Origin: Lama guanicoe
Lineage: Eukaryota
DNA length: 64,000 nt
Assembly (NCBI GenBank): GCA_013239625.1
Contig: MU054212.1
Location: 2,108,001 to 2,172,000 of the forward strand
Reading direction: 5' to 3'
Part shown: one piece after another, positions 61,717-64,000 of the stretch
Numbering within the stretch: the first letter of the stretch is position 1
Layout of the letters: every line of letters starts with the position of its first letter
Translations under genes and position numbers: made by a program
The notes under the pieces: generated by a model
Told to the model about the DNA's origin: nothing
Seen by the model: the letters and a program-made list of their open reading frames with translations, nothing else
Databases searched by the model: none

Positions 61717-64000
61717 AATACCAATTCTTGTCAAATTCTTCCAAAAAAATTGAAGAGGGGGAAACTCAAACACATTTTATGAGTCCAGCATTTCCTTGAT
61801 ATTAAAACCAGACCAGGATACCAGAAAAAGCATTCGACAAAATTCAGGTCCATTCATAATAAAAACTCCCAACAAAGTGAGTATGGAGGGACCATACCTC
61901 AACATAGTAAAGGTCACATATGACAAGCCTACAGCTAATGTCATACTCAACAGTGAAAAGTTGGAAGCTTTTCCTCTAAGATCAGGAACAAGATAAGGAT
62001 GTTCCGTCTCATTACTTTTATTCAACATAGTATTGTAAGTCTTAGCCAGAGCACTTAGGCAAGAAAAAGAAATAAAAGACATCCAAATTGAAAAGGAAGA
62101 AGTAAAACTGTCACTATTTGCAGATGATGTGTTATTATGCATAGAAAACCCTAAGGGATCGTTTAAAAACCTGTTATAACTAATAAACAAATTCAGCAAA
62201 ATTGCAGGATATAAAAATCAATACAGAAAAACAGTGCATTGTTGCACTTTTTAAACAATAATACAAACTATCAGAAAGAGGAATTAAGAAAACAATCCCA
62301 TTTACAAATGCATCAAAAAATACTTAGGTATAAATTTAACTAAGGAGGTGAAAGACCTGTATATTAAAAACTACAAGACATTAATGAAGGAAATTGAAGA
62401 AGACACAAATAAATGGAAAGATATTCCATGCTCATAGATTTGAAGAATTAATATTGTTAAAATGTCCGTACTACCCAAAGCAATATACAAATTCAGTGCA
62501 ATCCCTATCAAAATTCCAACAGTACTTTTCACCAAAATAGAAAAAACAATCCTAAAATTTGTATGCAACTACAAAGGACCCAGACCCAAACAACCAAAGC
62601 AAGATGAGAAAGAAGAACAAAGGTGTAAGCATCACACGCTCCAGTTTCGAACTATATTACAAAGCTATAGTAATTAAAACAGTATGGTATTTGCATAAAA
62701 CTAGAAACATGGATCAATGGAACAGAACAGAGAGCCCAGGAACAAACCCTCAAATTAATATGGTCAATTAATTTATGACAAAGGGCCAAGAATATACAAG
62801 GGGGAAAAGACAATCTTTTCAAAATATGATGTTGGGAAAATTGGACAGCCACATACAAAAGAATGAAAATGGACCACTGTTTTATACTATACACAAAAAT
62901 AACTCAAAATGGATTAAACCATTGGACATAAGACCTGAAATGATAAGATTCCTAGAAGAAAACATGGTGGTAAGCTCCACAGCATATGTCTTGGTGACAA
63001 TGTTTTGAATCTATCACCAAACACAAAAGCAACAAGAGCAAAAATAAACAAGCAAGACTACATTAAACTAAAAAGCTTCTGCACTACAAAGAAAATCATC
63101 AATAAAATGGAAAGGCAACCTATGCAATGGGAGAAAATAATTGTAAATCATATATCTAATAAGGGGCTAATATCAAAAATATATAAACAACTCATACAAT
63201 AAGAAAAAAACTGTTTTAAAAATGGGCATAAAATATGAATAAACATTTTTTCCAAAGAAGACATACAAATGGACAACAGGTAATGAAAAGATGCTCAACA
63301 TCATTAATTATAAGGGAAATACAAATCAATACCACAATGAGATATCACCTCACACCTATTAGAATGGTTATTATAAAAAGACAAGAAACGACAAATGTTG
63401 TCAAGGATGGAGAAAAGTGAACCCTTGTGCACTATTGGTGGGACTGTAAATTAGTGCAACAATTGTGGAAAACATAAGGAGGTTTTTTTCCAAAAAATTA
63501 AAAATAGAACTACCATAAAATTCCTCTTTTGGGTGTTTATCCAAGCAAAACAAAAATACTAATCTGAAAAGATACTTTCACCTTCATGTTCACTGCAGTA
63601 TTATTTACAATAGCCCAGGTATGGAAACAAGCTAAGTGTCCATTAATGACAATGGATAAAGAAATTGTAGTATTTCTATATTACCTCTATCTATCAATCT
63701 ATCTACCTACCTACCTACCTACTTATCTATATATTGCAATACCATTCAACCATAAAAAAGAATGAAATCTTGCCATTTGCAATAATATAGATGGAACTTG
63801 AAGGCACTATGCTAAATGAAATAAGTCAGACATAAAAAGAAAAAATACCACATGATCTAGCTTATATGTGGAATCGAAATAAAGCCAAACCAAAACCCAA
63901 GCTCATAGTTACAGAGAACACACTGGTAGTTGTAAAGGGGGTCAGAAGTGAGAGAAATGGATGAACTTTTTCTAATTTAAATAAACTGAATTTTTAAAAA
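61717..64000 (+). mobile_element. 5'-truncated L1: RT domain, ORF2 C-terminus and 3' UTR; inactive
   Basis: KPTANVILNSEKLEAFPLRSGTR*GC (the GTRQGC motif with Q mutated to stop), LFADD at 62114-62128, [30 protein letters not shown]; many frameshifts and stops. Confidence 0.95.

Noticed and set aside
61777..63420. Cluster of RT-like ORFs as an active retroelement or novel reverse-transcriptase system
   Set aside because: This is ordinary L1 ORF2 debris with a premature stop in the GTRQGC motif, frameshifts, an internal deletion and 5' truncation.

Overview
Mammalian genomic DNA, most likely camelid: it carries two tRNA-derived Vic-1-type SINEs and a camelid-type L1 3' end, and I saw no Alu, B1, BovB or Can-SINE. 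The only gene I can support is the 5' end of ZNF521 (EHZF/Evi3) on the minus strand. It comprises a non-coding exon 1 (about 6310-6126), a 41-nt exon 2 (5062-5022) encoding MSRRKQAKPRSLK (the NuRD-recruiting motif), and the start of intron 2, which runs off the left edge. These lie in a ~3.1-kb CpG island containing a 61-N assembly gap. The remaining ~57 kb is upstream intergenic DNA: old repeats (L1M, L2, MIR, MLT1/MLT2 LTRs, MER DNA transposons) mixed with repeat-free blocks that look like enhancers. Almost all ORFs in the supplied track are GC-rich/low-complexity noise or decayed L1. The most interesting signal is the ZNF521 5' leader. All four upstream ATGs share one frame, which stays open across the exon 1/2 junction, overlaps the main ATG out of frame, and encodes a signal-peptide-like segment. 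A candidate alternative acceptor 36 nt upstream of exon 2 would stop this uORF before the main start. Repeat subfamily names and many repeat boundaries are by eye and approximate; I found no clearly novel multi-gene system.
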